Shown piece by piece: positions 17,859 through 27,610 of a stretch of 64,000 nt of DNA. Source of the stretch: a virus; IMG/VR virus record IMGVR_UViG_3300031669_000002, positions 1 to 64,000 of that record; one strand, 5' to 3'. Position 1 is the stretch's first letter; each line of letters starts with the position of its first letter. The position numbers and the translations under genes were made by a program. The notes beneath the pieces are model-generated. The model was not told the origin of the DNA. It saw nothing but the letters and a program-made list of their open reading frames with translations, and made no database searches.

Positions 17859-18766
17859 TTAGATTAGGAGAACCAATATTTAGATCTATACAGGGCGAGG
17901 GAGATTTAACTGGTCGGCTAAGTATCTGGGTAAGATTTGGCGGGTGCAACTTAAGATGTCCGGGATTCTTCCAGAAAGATCCAACCGACTCTTCTACTTG
18001 GATAAAACCATTAGCTCTTGATCCAAAAGAATATAAATTATTAAATGATCTACCTGTCATTCCTGTGGGATGTGATTCTTTATATTCAATTGATCCAAGA
18101 TTTAAGCACTTGTGGCTTACTTATCCGTCTGCAAAAGAACTATCAAAAGACATAACTGCTTTATTGTATAATGGCCAATGGGAACATCCTGTAACTAAAA
18201 ATAAAATAGATTTATGTTTTACTGGCGGAGAACCAATGCTTAATCAGAAATCAATGGTTGAAATTTTAGCAGAACTTATGTTTTTAGATCCAACTATGTC
18301 CACTAAGATTCAAATTGAAACCAACGGAACAAAAGTTATTAGGTCACAAAAAACAAACACACTAAGAGTTGCAGAGTCAATCGTTCCGGTCTTTGCTGAT
18401 TATATAGTTGCAAATAATATAGATTTGCACTTCAATATTTCTCCAAAGTTATACCATGTGTCGGGAGAAGAAGAAGCAGTAAATTACGAAGTAATTAAAC
18501 AATATTATGATTTAACTAAGGATGGCATACTTAAATTTGTTGTCAATAACGACGACAGGGCATGGAAAGAATTAAACAACCACGTAAAGATATTGCGAGA
18601 CGGTGGGATAGAGTATCCAATCTACATTATGCCGGTTGGTGCAACCAAAGAACAACAAGAAGATAGTAAAATAATTTCTTCTATTGCAAATAGGGCAATC
18701 AACGAAGGATACAATGTAAGTGGCAGATTACATGCTATTTTATTTGGTAATGGGATAGGAACATAG
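17855..18766 (+). CDS. queE: 7-carboxy-7-deazaguanine synthase (radical SAM)
   Basis: F.SIQGEG..GR.SIWVRFGGCNLRC, GCDS, FTGGEP, IETNGT, ISPK, YIMP, RLH. Confidence 0.92.
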   Translation: MIRLGEPIFRSIQGEGDLTGRLSIWVRFGGCNLRCPGFFQKDPTDSSTWIKPLALDPKEYKLLNDLPVIPVGCDSLYSIDPRFKHLWLTYPSAKELSKDITALLYNGQWEHPVTKNKIDLCFTGGEPMLNQKSMVEILAELMFLDPTMSTKIQIETNGTKVIRSQKTNTLRVAESIVPVFADYIVANNIDLHFNISPKLYHVSGEEEAVNYEVIKQYYDLTKDGILKFVVNNDDRAWKELNNHVKILRDGGIEYPIYIMPVGATKEQQEDSKIISSIANRAINEGYNVSGRLHAILFGNGIGT

Positions 18767-18784
18767 TATGCCAAGGTTTGTAAA

Positions 18785-19006
18785 ATGAAAACACCATACG
18801 AAAAATACGAGACAGCGCAAAAGCGGCGGTGGAAGAAATTTAAGGTAGCGGTTCGTGACACATGTAAGCATCCAGAAGAGTATGTTACAAGAGAACATAG
18901 ATGCGACGAAGATGAATATGGCCGAACAGACTATAATCATGGCACCGCCACATATAATTGCAAGTATTGTGGGGAAATTTGGATAGTTGATACCGACGGA
19001 CATTAA
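18785..19006 (+). CDS. Small Zn-ribbon protein
   Basis: C.H and CKYCGE motifs. Confidence 0.55.
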   Translation: MKTPYEKYETAQKRRWKKFKVAVRDTCKHPEEYVTREHRCDEDEYGRTDYNHGTATYNCKYCGEIWIVDTDGH

Positions 19007-19021
19007 GGAGATAAGGAAATA

Positions 19022-19489
19022 GTGGAACATATAAAATATACACAAGAGCAGTTTGATTTAGATGTAACAAAGCTGATCAAACAATTAGAAGACGACGATT
19101 TTAAGCCAGAACTCATTATAGGTATTTTAAGAGGAGGAGCAATTCCTGCTATCCACCTGAGTCATATATTAAACTGCCCCGTAAAAGTTATTGAGTGGTC
19201 GACGAGAGATTCATTAATCAAAGACCACAAAGCATTAGATAAGATTGCTATTATGGCAGAGCATGGGATGAAGGTTCTTATCATTGATGACATTGTTGAT
19301 TCAGGAAAAACAATCAGTGAAATTAAACAGCGCATGTTTGACACCGAGGATAACATAAGATATGCATCGCTATGGTATAATCCCAGTCAAGATACCGAAG
19401 TAGATTTTTGGTGTAATTCGGTGAATCGCGCAACAGATGAACGTTGGGTTATTTTCCCGTGGGAAAAACAAATTATAGGAGAAGAGTAA
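19022..19489 (+). CDS. Type I purine phosphoribosyltransferase (Gpt-like)
   Basis: GILRGG, PRPP motif VLIIDDIVDSGKT, C-terminal WVIFPWE. Confidence 0.9.
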   Translation: MEHIKYTQEQFDLDVTKLIKQLEDDDFKPELIIGILRGGAIPAIHLSHILNCPVKVIEWSTRDSLIKDHKALDKIAIMAEHGMKVLIIDDIVDSGKTISEIKQRMFDTEDNIRYASLWYNPSQDTEVDFWCNSVNRATDERWVIFPWEKQIIGEE

Positions 19490-20049
19490 TGGGCATTAGA
19501 GACGTATTAAAAAAATTTGCAGGCATTGACCGAGCAAAAAATGGCATTGAAGGAAAGGATAAATCTGTATCTCCTAATGTATCAGAAATTACAGAACTAC
19601 CATCCAAGAAAAAAGCGACACGAAAGAAAAAAGTTGCTGTCATCGACACACCAGAAGAAACAATACCAGTAGCCAAGAAACCTCGTGCGAAGAAGTCGCC
19701 CGGCAAAGCAGGAACAAAACGCGCAAAGAAGATACCCGAAAAGACCGAGTATCAACTTTTGATGGAAAAAGAAAAGGCAGAAGCAACTGCGAACAGAAAA
19801 GAATGGGTCGCTATTTTAAGCGTAGAGATTGATGTGGACAACATGTCTAATGGTTCATTTGATATAGACTGGAACGATTATTTTATTGCTAAATTAGTTC
19901 GTGCTGGTTATAAAGGAACCGATCACGATATGGTTGATCAATGGTTTTCGAATGTTTGCAGAAATGTAATTCAAGAAAATTATGAACAAGATATGGCAGA
20001 CCCTGATAATCGTCCAGTAGATCTTAGGTATCGAAAGAAATCACAATAA
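19489..20049 (+). CDS. Hypothetical protein (basic N-terminus, WND.F..VDQWF..VCRN domain)
   Basis: TAATG coupling to the PRT gene. Confidence 0.7.
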   Translation: MGIRDVLKKFAGIDRAKNGIEGKDKSVSPNVSEITELPSKKKATRKKKVAVIDTPEETIPVAKKPRAKKSPGKAGTKRAKKIPEKTEYQLLMEKEKAEATANRKEWVAILSVEIDVDNMSNGSFDIDWNDYFIAKLVRAGYKGTDHDMVDQWFSNVCRNVIQENYEQDMADPDNRPVDLRYRKKSQ

Positions 20050-20099
20050 TTCGGTTATATCACACTTGACTTACTGGCATTGTTATGCTAATATAAACA

Positions 20100-21107
20100 A
20101 TGGCTAAAAAATACATTATCATCGACGGCATGAATCTATACTTCAGGTCTGCACACGTTTCAACTCGTGGTGCAGACCTTGAAGAACGAGTCAGCTATTC
20201 TCTCCACGTAACACTCCAATCTATTGCAGCCGCATATCGTGATCAAAGTGCAGATCACGTTGTTTTCTGCTTAGAAGGCAAGTCCTGGCGGAGGGATTTT
20301 TACCCGCCGTATAAAGCTAACAGAGACGTAAAAAGACAGGCACAGACAGCAAAAGAAGAAAAAGAAAGTGCTGCCTTTTATGAAGGGTTCAAACTTCTTG
20401 TAAAGTTTCTAAGTGAACACACTAACATCACAATTCTGCAGCACCCAAAACTCGAAGGCGATGATCTAATCGCAGGATGGATTCAAGCGCACCCGCATGA
20501 TACACATGTTATTGGAAGTTCAGACTCAGACTTTTACCAGCTTCTCGCAGAGAACGTAACACAATATAATGGAGTAACTCGAGAATTACATACGATCAAT
20601 GGCATTTTTGACTACAAAGGAAAACCCGTAATTGACAAGAAAACTAAACTCCCTAAAACGATTCCTGACCCTAAGTTTATTCTATTTGAGAAATGTATGC
20701 GCGGTGACTCTGGTGATAATGTCTTCAGTGCCTATCCTGGTGTAAGAATGAAGGGTTCTGCTAAGACAGTAGGATTACTTGAGGCATACGAAGATAGAGA
20801 AAACAAAGGATATGCGTGGCATAATGTTCTATTACATCGATGGGTCGACCACGATAAAGTCGAGCACCGTGTAATGGATGATTTTGCTCGTAACATTACG
20901 CTCATTGATTTAACTGCACAACCTGCAGAAATTAGAGCATATATTGACGAAACAATTAAGGCAGAGGCCGTTGCCAAAAATAGACCAATGGTCGGGGCTC
21001 AGTTCTTAAAATTCTGTGGGCATCATAACCTTGTTAAAATATCTGAGCAAGCAACCACATACGCAGCACTTTTATCAGCATCTTACCCAGAAGCGGAGCT
21101 TGTATGA
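20100..21107 (+). CDS. 5'-3' exonuclease / RNase H (T4 rnh, FEN-like)
   Basis: IIDGMN, LEGDD, SSDSD, GDSGDN acidic motifs. Confidence 0.92.
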   Translation: MAKKYIIIDGMNLYFRSAHVSTRGADLEERVSYSLHVTLQSIAAAYRDQSADHVVFCLEGKSWRRDFYPPYKANRDVKRQAQTAKEEKESAAFYEGFKLLVKFLSEHTNITILQHPKLEGDDLIAGWIQAHPHDTHVIGSSDSDFYQLLAENVTQYNGVTRELHTINGIFDYKGKPVIDKKTKLPKTIPDPKFILFEKCMRGDSGDNVFSAYPGVRMKGSAKTVGLLEAYEDRENKGYAWHNVLLHRWVDHDKVEHRVMDDFARNITLIDLTAQPAEIRAYIDETIKAEAVAKNRPMVGAQFLKFCGHHNLVKISEQATTYAALLSASYPEAELV

Positions 21108-21261
21108 ACATTATTCCAACAAAAGAAGAGGCAGACAAGGTCCGCCATGAGATTATGCAACTACAGCAATGGGTGGCAACATTTTCGGAGAACGATCAGC
21201 GCATCAATAATTTAAAATTTCACTTACATCAAGTTAGAGCTGATTTGGAGAAACTTATATA

Positions 21262-21396
21262 ATGGAAAAGATTTTTGCATTAACAATTGGCGGTGCCTGT
21301 ATTGGTGCAATATTTGGCAACGAGCTCGGGTCAGCTATTGGCGGAGCAATGGGACTAACATTCGCACTTTGGGAAAGATGGAAAAATAATGGTTAA
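21262..21396 (+). CDS. Small glycine-zipper membrane peptide (below the ORF-track cutoff)
   Basis: MEKIFALTIGGACIGAIFGNELGSAIGGAMGLTFALWERWKNNG, 44 aa; fills an otherwise empty gap. Confidence 0.5.
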   Translation: MEKIFALTIGGACIGAIFGNELGSAIGGAMGLTFALWERWKNNG

Positions 21397-21589
21397 ACAC
21401 ACAATAACAATTAATCATCACGGCGAAGAGAGAGTAGATTATTTTCTCGACGATTGTTGCATCGCATCAGTCAATCATGATGATCATGGTTGGGCTGGGA
21501 TGGAATTAGCAGACGGCATTATCGATAATTTTATAGAAGCATTTAACCTAACAGTAGTAGAAACACACGAAGAAGGAGAAGAAGAATGA
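21389..21589 (+). CDS. Hypothetical protein
   Basis: Coupled ORF. Confidence 0.55.
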   Translation: MVKHTITINHHGEERVDYFLDDCCIASVNHDDHGWAGMELADGIIDNFIEAFNLTVVETHEEGEEE

Positions 21590-22221
21590 ACTTACAAGAA
21601 TTTATGAATGCAACCAGTGCTCGAGTAAGCGGCGGATCTGAATATCAATGGAAGTGTTTTCCTAATGCTCGATTTATGGGTTTTGCGGACATTGACGGCA
21701 AAGAAGTTGGATCGTGTGTTTTCAACACACTAACCCAGAAGATATACGAGGTAATTTTTTCAGTGGATGAAGACAACGTATCTTATCGCTGGACAGATCC
21801 TGAATGGAGAGATTCTCGCTTAGAAGAGGCTAGGTCCCGTAGCATAGATGATGGTGTTGCATACGACGATGTTAAATACACAGAAGTCCAATCAGAAGAT
21901 GAGATAATGAAACTTGCATTAAGTATCACAAATATGACCTATGTTCATAGCCATGTTCCGATATATGACGAGAGCAATGATCTTACTCCGCACATTCCGT
22001 CAGCGGAATTCGAAAAAGGGATAACTGATTACAAAGTAAAACTTACCGTCACACAGTGTTTGAGTATTAGGGCGAGTAGCATGGAAGATGCCGTTACTAA
22101 AGCAAAACGATTTGTGGGCTCAATGAAACCAACTGCGGAACTATATCCAGATGGTGTGTGTTGGGAAGATAACTACTATTCAAAAGAAGAAGTATCAAGG
22201 GAAATAGAAGAAAGTCTTTAA
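21586..22221 (+). CDS. Hypothetical protein
   Basis: 211-aa ORF with RBS. Confidence 0.7.
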   Translation: MNLQEFMNATSARVSGGSEYQWKCFPNARFMGFADIDGKEVGSCVFNTLTQKIYEVIFSVDEDNVSYRWTDPEWRDSRLEEARSRSIDDGVAYDDVKYTEVQSEDEIMKLALSITNMTYVHSHVPIYDESNDLTPHIPSAEFEKGITDYKVKLTVTQCLSIRASSMEDAVTKAKRFVGSMKPTAELYPDGVCWEDNYYSKEEVSREIEESL

Positions 22222-22395
22222 TATGGCAAACACAAAAAAGAAATTACTGGAAGACATTGAGTGCGAGGGGTTTGAGTACGCACTTGTCCACTATGATGAC
22301 TATAGCGAGATACCTGATCCAGAATTTCAGAAAAGATATGTAGCATACTTACAAGCAAGAAAAGAATTACAAGAATATTTGGGAGTAGAAGATTA

Positions 22396-23100
22396 ATGAT
22401 AAAAATGGAAGGTAGAAATGGATATAAAGTACTTGACCACGGATACGTGGCTCTCGTGGAGTCTATGGGCAGTGATTTGTCTATTGTTAGGAATGCTCGT
22501 GTATCGTATAATGCTGAGTGGCGTACTGGCGAAGATGCGGGTAAAGATGAAAAACTGATTAATTACTTAGTCAAGAATAATCACACTTCGCCGCTTGAGG
22601 CAGTTGAAATATCATTTGAAGTAAAGGCACCAATCTTTGTGTTCCGTCAATGGCACCGTCATCGCACCTGGTCATTCAATGAAATATCTGCTCGTTACGC
22701 CGAGTTGCCAGAAGAGTTTTATGTCCCAGAGTTATCACAGATTACAACGCAACATTCAAGCAACAAGCAAATGAGGACAGTAGAACAACACTCAGATGCA
22801 CAGAAATGGGCAGATGTAATGCGCGGTGCTAATGTGCGTTCGTTTGATGCATACAAGCAAATGATTGCAGACGGTGTTCCGAGAGAACTAGCTCGTTCTG
22901 TTCTCCCTGTAGCAACTTACAGTCATATGTTCGCAAAAGTTGATCTTCACAATCTTTTCAAGTTCATTGGTCTGCGTAGTCATTCTCATGCACAATATGA
23001 GATTCAAGTTTATTCAAATGCAATGTTAGAAATTGCGCGTGAAGTTTGTCCAATCGCCGTAGAAGCATTATGTGAGAAGTTAGGAATTAAAAATGTGTAA
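22396..23100 (+). CDS. thyX: Flavin-dependent thymidylate synthase
   Basis: RHRx7S signature RQWHRHRTWSFNEISARY; H.SPLE, ELAR.VLP, AQYEI. Confidence 0.97.
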   Translation: MIKMEGRNGYKVLDHGYVALVESMGSDLSIVRNARVSYNAEWRTGEDAGKDEKLINYLVKNNHTSPLEAVEISFEVKAPIFVFRQWHRHRTWSFNEISARYAELPEEFYVPELSQITTQHSSNKQMRTVEQHSDAQKWADVMRGANVRSFDAYKQMIADGVPRELARSVLPVATYSHMFAKVDLHNLFKFIGLRSHSHAQYEIQVYSNAMLEIAREVCPIAVEALCEKLGIKNV

Positions 23101-23323
23101 GTATGTAATAAACGTCGAAGAGAAGGCAGTAATTAAAACAACGACCGGAGAACTAGTTCGTCCGTCGTGCTTCCATGACCTAAATCTTTACTACACTTAT
23201 TTGATTTCGACGGGGGAAGAAAAAGCAGCGGGAACTCTTCTTAAGAAGGTATTTCAGGGAGAGAAAGTTATATCGAATATGATTAAAAACATGCAAGAAG
23301 CACATTTAACAATAAAAGGATAA
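23093..23323 (+). CDS. Hypothetical protein
   Basis: Coupled ORF. Confidence 0.55.
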   Translation: MCKYVINVEEKAVIKTTTGELVRPSCFHDLNLYYTYLISTGEEKAAGTLLKKVFQGEKVISNMIKNMQEAHLTIKG

Positions 23324-23325
23324 GA

Positions 23326-23679
23326 ATGAGCAAAATTACACACAGTGAAATGGTAACAGCATTAGCAAAACCAGGTGAAGATATTTTAGCGTCGCTGTCA
23401 CCAGAAGATTGTCATCTATGGCACATGGCATCATGTATTCCAGGAGAAGCAGGAGAATTATTTGACGCAGTTAAAAAATCTGTCATCTACCGCAAAGAAA
23501 TTGACCGCGAAAATGTTGTTGAAGAGCTTGGTGACTTAGAGTTCTACATGGAAGGATTGCGACAAGGCTTGGGGATTACTCGCGAAGAAACTATTGCCCA
23601 CAATATTGCTAAACTGGGAGATAGGTATCAAGGAAAATATTCAAACCAAGCAGCACAAGAACGCAGGGATAAACAATAA
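23326..23679 (+). CDS. MazG-like NTP pyrophosphohydrolase
   Basis: GEAGELFDAVKK..EELGDLEFY..NIAKL..RY. Confidence 0.9.
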   Translation: MSKITHSEMVTALAKPGEDILASLSPEDCHLWHMASCIPGEAGELFDAVKKSVIYRKEIDRENVVEELGDLEFYMEGLRQGLGITREETIAHNIAKLGDRYQGKYSNQAAQERRDKQ

Positions 23680-23680
23680 T

Positions 23681-24286
23681 ATGAAAAAAGTTAGTCTAAT
23701 AGTAGCGGCACTATTGCTTTCTGCCTGCTCAATGTTTCAAGCAAGACCGTATGACAACGTAGAATACAACTATGCTGTCTTAATCACAGCAAATGCAACT
23801 CATGCAGCTCATAGATGCGGCGATACTTCTGTGCCTGATTATCAGACTTACTTACAAGCAATGAACCACGATTCACTTACGCTAGATGAGTTTGTTAGTG
23901 ATAAGGCAGATTCAAAGCAGGCACTTCCGGCAGTTGAGCAAATTCGTGATATGACATCAACCTTCTTAAGTCATCCAACTTATAGCGTGGCGTATTGTCA
24001 GCACAAGTTAAGCAATATTCAAGCAAGCGCAAGAACTTTTGCTCGTGCCATTGGCGGGAACAAAACATACGATATGTGTCAAAGCGATGTGCAGCAACGA
24101 TATAACTTATTCTCAATAAGCTATAAAGATGGCAAAATATCTAAGGCAGAGTTTGATGAGCTTACTGGGGATCTTCTGAAACTTCAGACCATTGACACAA
24201 GCGGTTGCACTTTAGAAGAAAGAGCTAAGATGGCCGAGGCACTAAAAGTAATTCAAACCGCATCGAAACTTGGAGGAGCATTATAA
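23681..24286 (+). CDS. Predicted lipoprotein
   Basis: MKKVSLIVAALLLSAC lipobox; several further Cys. Confidence 0.75.
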   Translation: MKKVSLIVAALLLSACSMFQARPYDNVEYNYAVLITANATHAAHRCGDTSVPDYQTYLQAMNHDSLTLDEFVSDKADSKQALPAVEQIRDMTSTFLSHPTYSVAYCQHKLSNIQASARTFARAIGGNKTYDMCQSDVQQRYNLFSISYKDGKISKAEFDELTGDLLKLQTIDTSGCTLEERAKMAEALKVIQTASKLGGAL

Positions 24287-24615
24287 TGAGCACATTAAAA
24301 GATGAAGTTAAAAAAGAAATAGAAAACGACATGATCAAGAAGATGCGTGAGCTATTTGCTCAAGAAGAAACTGAGGGCATTGACAGCATAGAAGTAGTAG
24401 ATGCATACGAAGATCCTACTCCGCCACTTGAGGCTGCACTTGAAAGAGCATTGCACTCATTAAAAGAAATATCTATTTATGGTTCATATGGTCGATCAGC
24501 AGAATGTATGCGCGAAGCTGATGCCACTTTAGAAGCATTGAATATCTACAAAACAAAGTGGCTTGAGCAGAATCCGCAGTTAGCACTTCCTGAAGAGATA
24601 TCGGAAGAAAAATGA
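24286..24615 (+). CDS. Hypothetical protein
   Basis: Coupled ORF. Confidence 0.6.
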   Translation: MSTLKDEVKKEIENDMIKKMRELFAQEETEGIDSIEVVDAYEDPTPPLEAALERALHSLKEISIYGSYGRSAECMREADATLEALNIYKTKWLEQNPQLALPEEISEEK

Positions 24616-25076
24616 TTGATCACATCACTTCTATTAGCCCAGAGTTGATTATACATTTAAGTGGTGCTTACACTCCAACATCAACTACGGGCACTGTTCG
24701 ATGGAACACAAATTACAATCGACTTGAAACTGCTGGTTCTACTAATGACTGGTATCAGATTTCTGGAGGCGGGGCATCAATTTCATTAGCACCGTATGTT
24801 CAAGAAACTCTTGCTTGGGCTCAGAAAAAAATGTATGAAGACATGCAAAATACACAACTGTTAGAAAAATACCCCGAGTTGAAACACGCAAAAGAACAAT
24901 ACGAGAGTGTCTTTAATCTTATTAAGAGTGGAGACGACCAGCGCAAGAAACTTGAGTTAGAGATAGAAAACCTAAAGTATTCAAATAAAAACAAAGACGA
25001 GATAATCGAAAGACTCAACAAACGCAATGAGGAATTAACATCGAAGCTTGACACCTGGACAGTTATTTCGACATAA
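24612..25076 (+). CDS. Hypothetical coiled-coil protein
   Basis: Coupled ORF. Confidence 0.65.
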   Translation: MIDHITSISPELIIHLSGAYTPTSTTGTVRWNTNYNRLETAGSTNDWYQISGGGASISLAPYVQETLAWAQKKMYEDMQNTQLLEKYPELKHAKEQYESVFNLIKSGDDQRKKLELEIENLKYSNKNKDEIIERLNKRNEELTSKLDTWTVIST

Positions 25077-25112
25077 TACTGATAAATAACACTAAGAAGC
25101 TAAAGGAGCAAC

Positions 25113-25586
25113 ATGTCATTAACCGCAAAACCGATTATTAAAAATAAGTTCTGGGTCGTAGAACACGACGGAGAACAAGTAGCAACCATTCTGACTTCCC
25201 CCGAAGGAGTCACGTTTGTTCATAATGAGAAAAGAGAAAAATTTGTGAGTATCAAACTATTGAAAGACAAGTATAACATAACCATCGCAAAAGAAAGAAC
25301 CACAAAACGCGCATCACAAGTATCGTATGATGTATATGGGTTCCCGTGTGATCACAAACCGCACAACTCATTACTAAATGTTGCAAAAAAGCTTCCCGTT
25401 TATACCAAAACACCTAAAAGTAAGAGTTTCTACTGTGCTGGTCATTACCTGGTTAAAGTTAGCAATATTTACTCACATACATATTGCCCAAAGCTAATCA
25501 CAATGAGTCGCTATGAATTTATCGGTCCGTTTTATACGAAAGCTGACTCAACCGCATTCGCAAAAGAGATAAAGGCAAGCAATTAA
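25113..25586 (+). CDS. Hypothetical protein
   Basis: ATAAATA late-type motif and AAGGAG RBS upstream. Confidence 0.7.
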   Translation: MSLTAKPIIKNKFWVVEHDGEQVATILTSPEGVTFVHNEKREKFVSIKLLKDKYNITIAKERTTKRASQVSYDVYGFPCDHKPHNSLLNVAKKLPVYTKTPKSKSFYCAGHYLVKVSNIYSHTYCPKLITMSRYEFIGPFYTKADSTAFAKEIKASN

Positions 25587-25714
25587 TATGATAGACTATT
25601 GGGCTATTTTTCGTTCACTGGTTGATTTAATGGCAGGATTTTTGATCGGCTACTATTTTTTGATTCCTTTATATCAATTTATTAAGAATAGTTACGGTAA
25701 GATGAGGAATAAAA

Positions 25715-25954
25715 ATGGCAACTAAACAAAGTACATCGGCACAGAAAGAAAAACTCAGCTATCATGTTGCGGCATTCTCAGAGAAGGTTCGTGTTATGAA
25801 TCAGACTGGGGGTAAACGTCTTAGTCTTAGTTCAGAAGAAGCACAAAGTCTTCAAGCAGACATTTTCTCATTATTGGCTAAAATCGCAGAACTATCGTCA
25901 AACTCTACTACGCCAGAAGTTATTGAGGTTAAAATGGACGGCGGAAGGTTCTAA
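25715..25954 (+). CDS. Hypothetical protein
   Basis: GAGG RBS. Confidence 0.65.
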   Translation: MATKQSTSAQKEKLSYHVAAFSEKVRVMNQTGGKRLSLSSEEAQSLQADIFSLLAKIAELSSNSTTPEVIEVKMDGGRF

Positions 25955-25969
25955 CAATTATAAGGTAGT

Positions 25970-26013
25970 TTAATTCTCTTCTTGCATAAATAGTTATATG
26001 CGAGGAGAATTAA
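25970..26013 (+). promoter_or_regulatory. Late promoter in the loop of an RBS-sequestering hairpin
   Basis: TTAATTCTC..GCATA pairs with TATGCGAGGAGAATTAA; CATAAATA at 25985-25992. Confidence 0.65.
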
Positions 26014-26016
26014 AAA

Positions 26017-26304
26017 GTGAGCAGACCAAAGCCCCAAATCATATTAGAAAACGTTAATAAGTCAACGTATGTTTCAGAACAAGTCTTAGCAGCAAGCGGG
26101 ATTTATGCTGTTTTCTACGATAACAAACCGATTAATCTAAAAACACAGAATATTTTAGTTAGTTACCCAGGACCTAAGTACAAGAAGAATTCATTCTCTA
26201 ACCGTGGTCATGCTATTAACTTATGTAAAAAGCTAAACCATACTTTTAAGACAGATAAATTTACCGTAATGTTACTAACTGTTGGCGAAGAGGTTTTTCC
26301 ATAG
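26017..26304 (+). CDS. Hypothetical protein (GTG start)
   Basis: GAGGAG RBS; MSRPKP N-terminus. Confidence 0.7.
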   Translation: MSRPKPQIILENVNKSTYVSEQVLAASGIYAVFYDNKPINLKTQNILVSYPGPKYKKNSFSNRGHAINLCKKLNHTFKTDKFTVMLLTVGEEVFP

Positions 26305-26308
26305 TATC

Positions 26309-26677
26309 ATGCCTACGAAAAAGGAATTAACTACGTTATTCCTTAACCAGTCAGGACAAACCGACGTTACGAATTTTGTGCTTAAACATTACATGAAAGA
26401 ATGGTGGGTTGCTCCCTATAGTCCAATTGGGCTTAGGCTGAGCACTGCTGGAAATACTTTCCTCAAGAAAGTACTAAAGCTAACATCTTACACGTTTACT
26501 ATTCCTGAGGATACAACAAAAAGTTTGAAATTATTTTTACAAATGAACAAAAATCTTACCGCGCCCTATTATCTTTCGGGCCAAAACACCATTATTACCT
26601 ATGGCGAATCTGATGCAGTAATGCTTTCTCTATATTGTGGAGACATAGGTAGCTACATGAACAATTTTACCCGTTAA
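26309..26677 (+). CDS. Hypothetical protein
   Basis: ORF. Confidence 0.6.
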   Translation: MPTKKELTTLFLNQSGQTDVTNFVLKHYMKEWWVAPYSPIGLRLSTAGNTFLKKVLKLTSYTFTIPEDTTKSLKLFLQMNKNLTAPYYLSGQNTIITYGESDAVMLSLYCGDIGSYMNNFTR

Positions 26678-26678
26678 A

Positions 26679-26729
26679 AATCAACAACTTAAAATAGTCC
26701 TTGACTTCGGTTGCCGATGGTAGTATAAT
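26679..26729 (+). promoter_or_regulatory. IHF box plus sigma70 promoter
   Basis: AATCAACAACTTA (26679-91) matches WATCAANNNNTTR; TTGACT-17-TATAAT (26701-29). Confidence 0.75.
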
Positions 26730-26744
26730 ACTACCATTACAATC

Positions 26745-26933
26745 ATGAAGTATAAACAGATGACTAAAAAAGAGGCAATAAAGCGCAAGCAATCATTGGC
26801 ACGTGAAATTCACAATATTCGCGAGGATTATGCTGGCGTAGAAAAAGAAGATATGCCACAAGACATACTTCAAGAAATTTCTACAATGATGACCGAAATG
26901 AAAGAGTTGCGCGAATTTCTCGGGAACGAATAA
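26745..26933 (+). CDS. Hypothetical protein
   Basis: First ORF after the promoter. Confidence 0.55.
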   Translation: MKYKQMTKKEAIKRKQSLAREIHNIREDYAGVEKEDMPQDILQEISTMMTEMKELREFLGNE

Positions 26934-27205
26934 TGCGGGCACGAACTAAAACATTATTTGAGAATAACAGTTTTCTTCTTATACAACATTCTCATCCAAA
27001 AAAAGATAGCAAGTATTTTACGATTAGAGCAAAACATTATTCAGTAAAAGATCGCGGGCACTTTAACTCAGATCATATGGAAGAATTGCGTGATCACTTT
27101 GACCCAGCAAAGAATCGAGGAAGTGAGCGTGGTTATACGTGGAAGTTTAAGAACCGCAAAGAGGCAGAGCAGTTGATTACAATAGCACTAATTAAGTGGT
27201 CATAA
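26933..27205 (+). CDS. Hypothetical protein
   Basis: TAATG coupling. Confidence 0.6.
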   Translation: MRARTKTLFENNSFLLIQHSHPKKDSKYFTIRAKHYSVKDRGHFNSDHMEELRDHFDPAKNRGSERGYTWKFKNRKEAEQLITIALIKWS

Positions 27206-27209
27206 TAAA

Positions 27210-27407
27210 ATGAAACATGAACGACTTGTATCATGGGCAGAGGGCTTGACAGAAGATCAGCTAAGACAGGTAGTGGTAAATCTTACTGAGTATTTGATTG
27301 ACACAGATGATATTCATTTCTACGAAGACAATCTTGCTCCGTATTGGGAATCATGCGGCGAGCCAATTGTGTTCGGTCAAAAAGTATGGGGAGAGGACGA
27401 AGAATGA
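27210..27407 (+). CDS. Hypothetical protein
   Basis: ORF. Confidence 0.55.
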   Translation: MKHERLVSWAEGLTEDQLRQVVVNLTEYLIDTDDIHFYEDNLAPYWESCGEPIVFGQKVWGEDEE

Positions 27408-27610
27408 CAACAGTTTACGCAGTAGTTTATAGTATCGGCGGATATGCTCGAGAAGATGCATCCGTTCCCAGAGTTGGTGGAGTATATTCTCATGAAGAAG
27501 ATGCTCGCATACATTCAAAGGTTGTTCACGGCGATGTAGTTCCAGTTGAGATAGATGTAATGCCGGCAGGAATTCTTGAAAGTGCTAAACAGCTGGGGAT
27601 GGTCAAGTGA
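27404..27610 (+). CDS. Hypothetical protein
   Basis: ATGA overlap. Confidence 0.55.
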   Translation: MTTVYAVVYSIGGYAREDASVPRVGGVYSHEEDARIHSKVVHGDVVPVEIDVMPAGILESAKQLGMVK

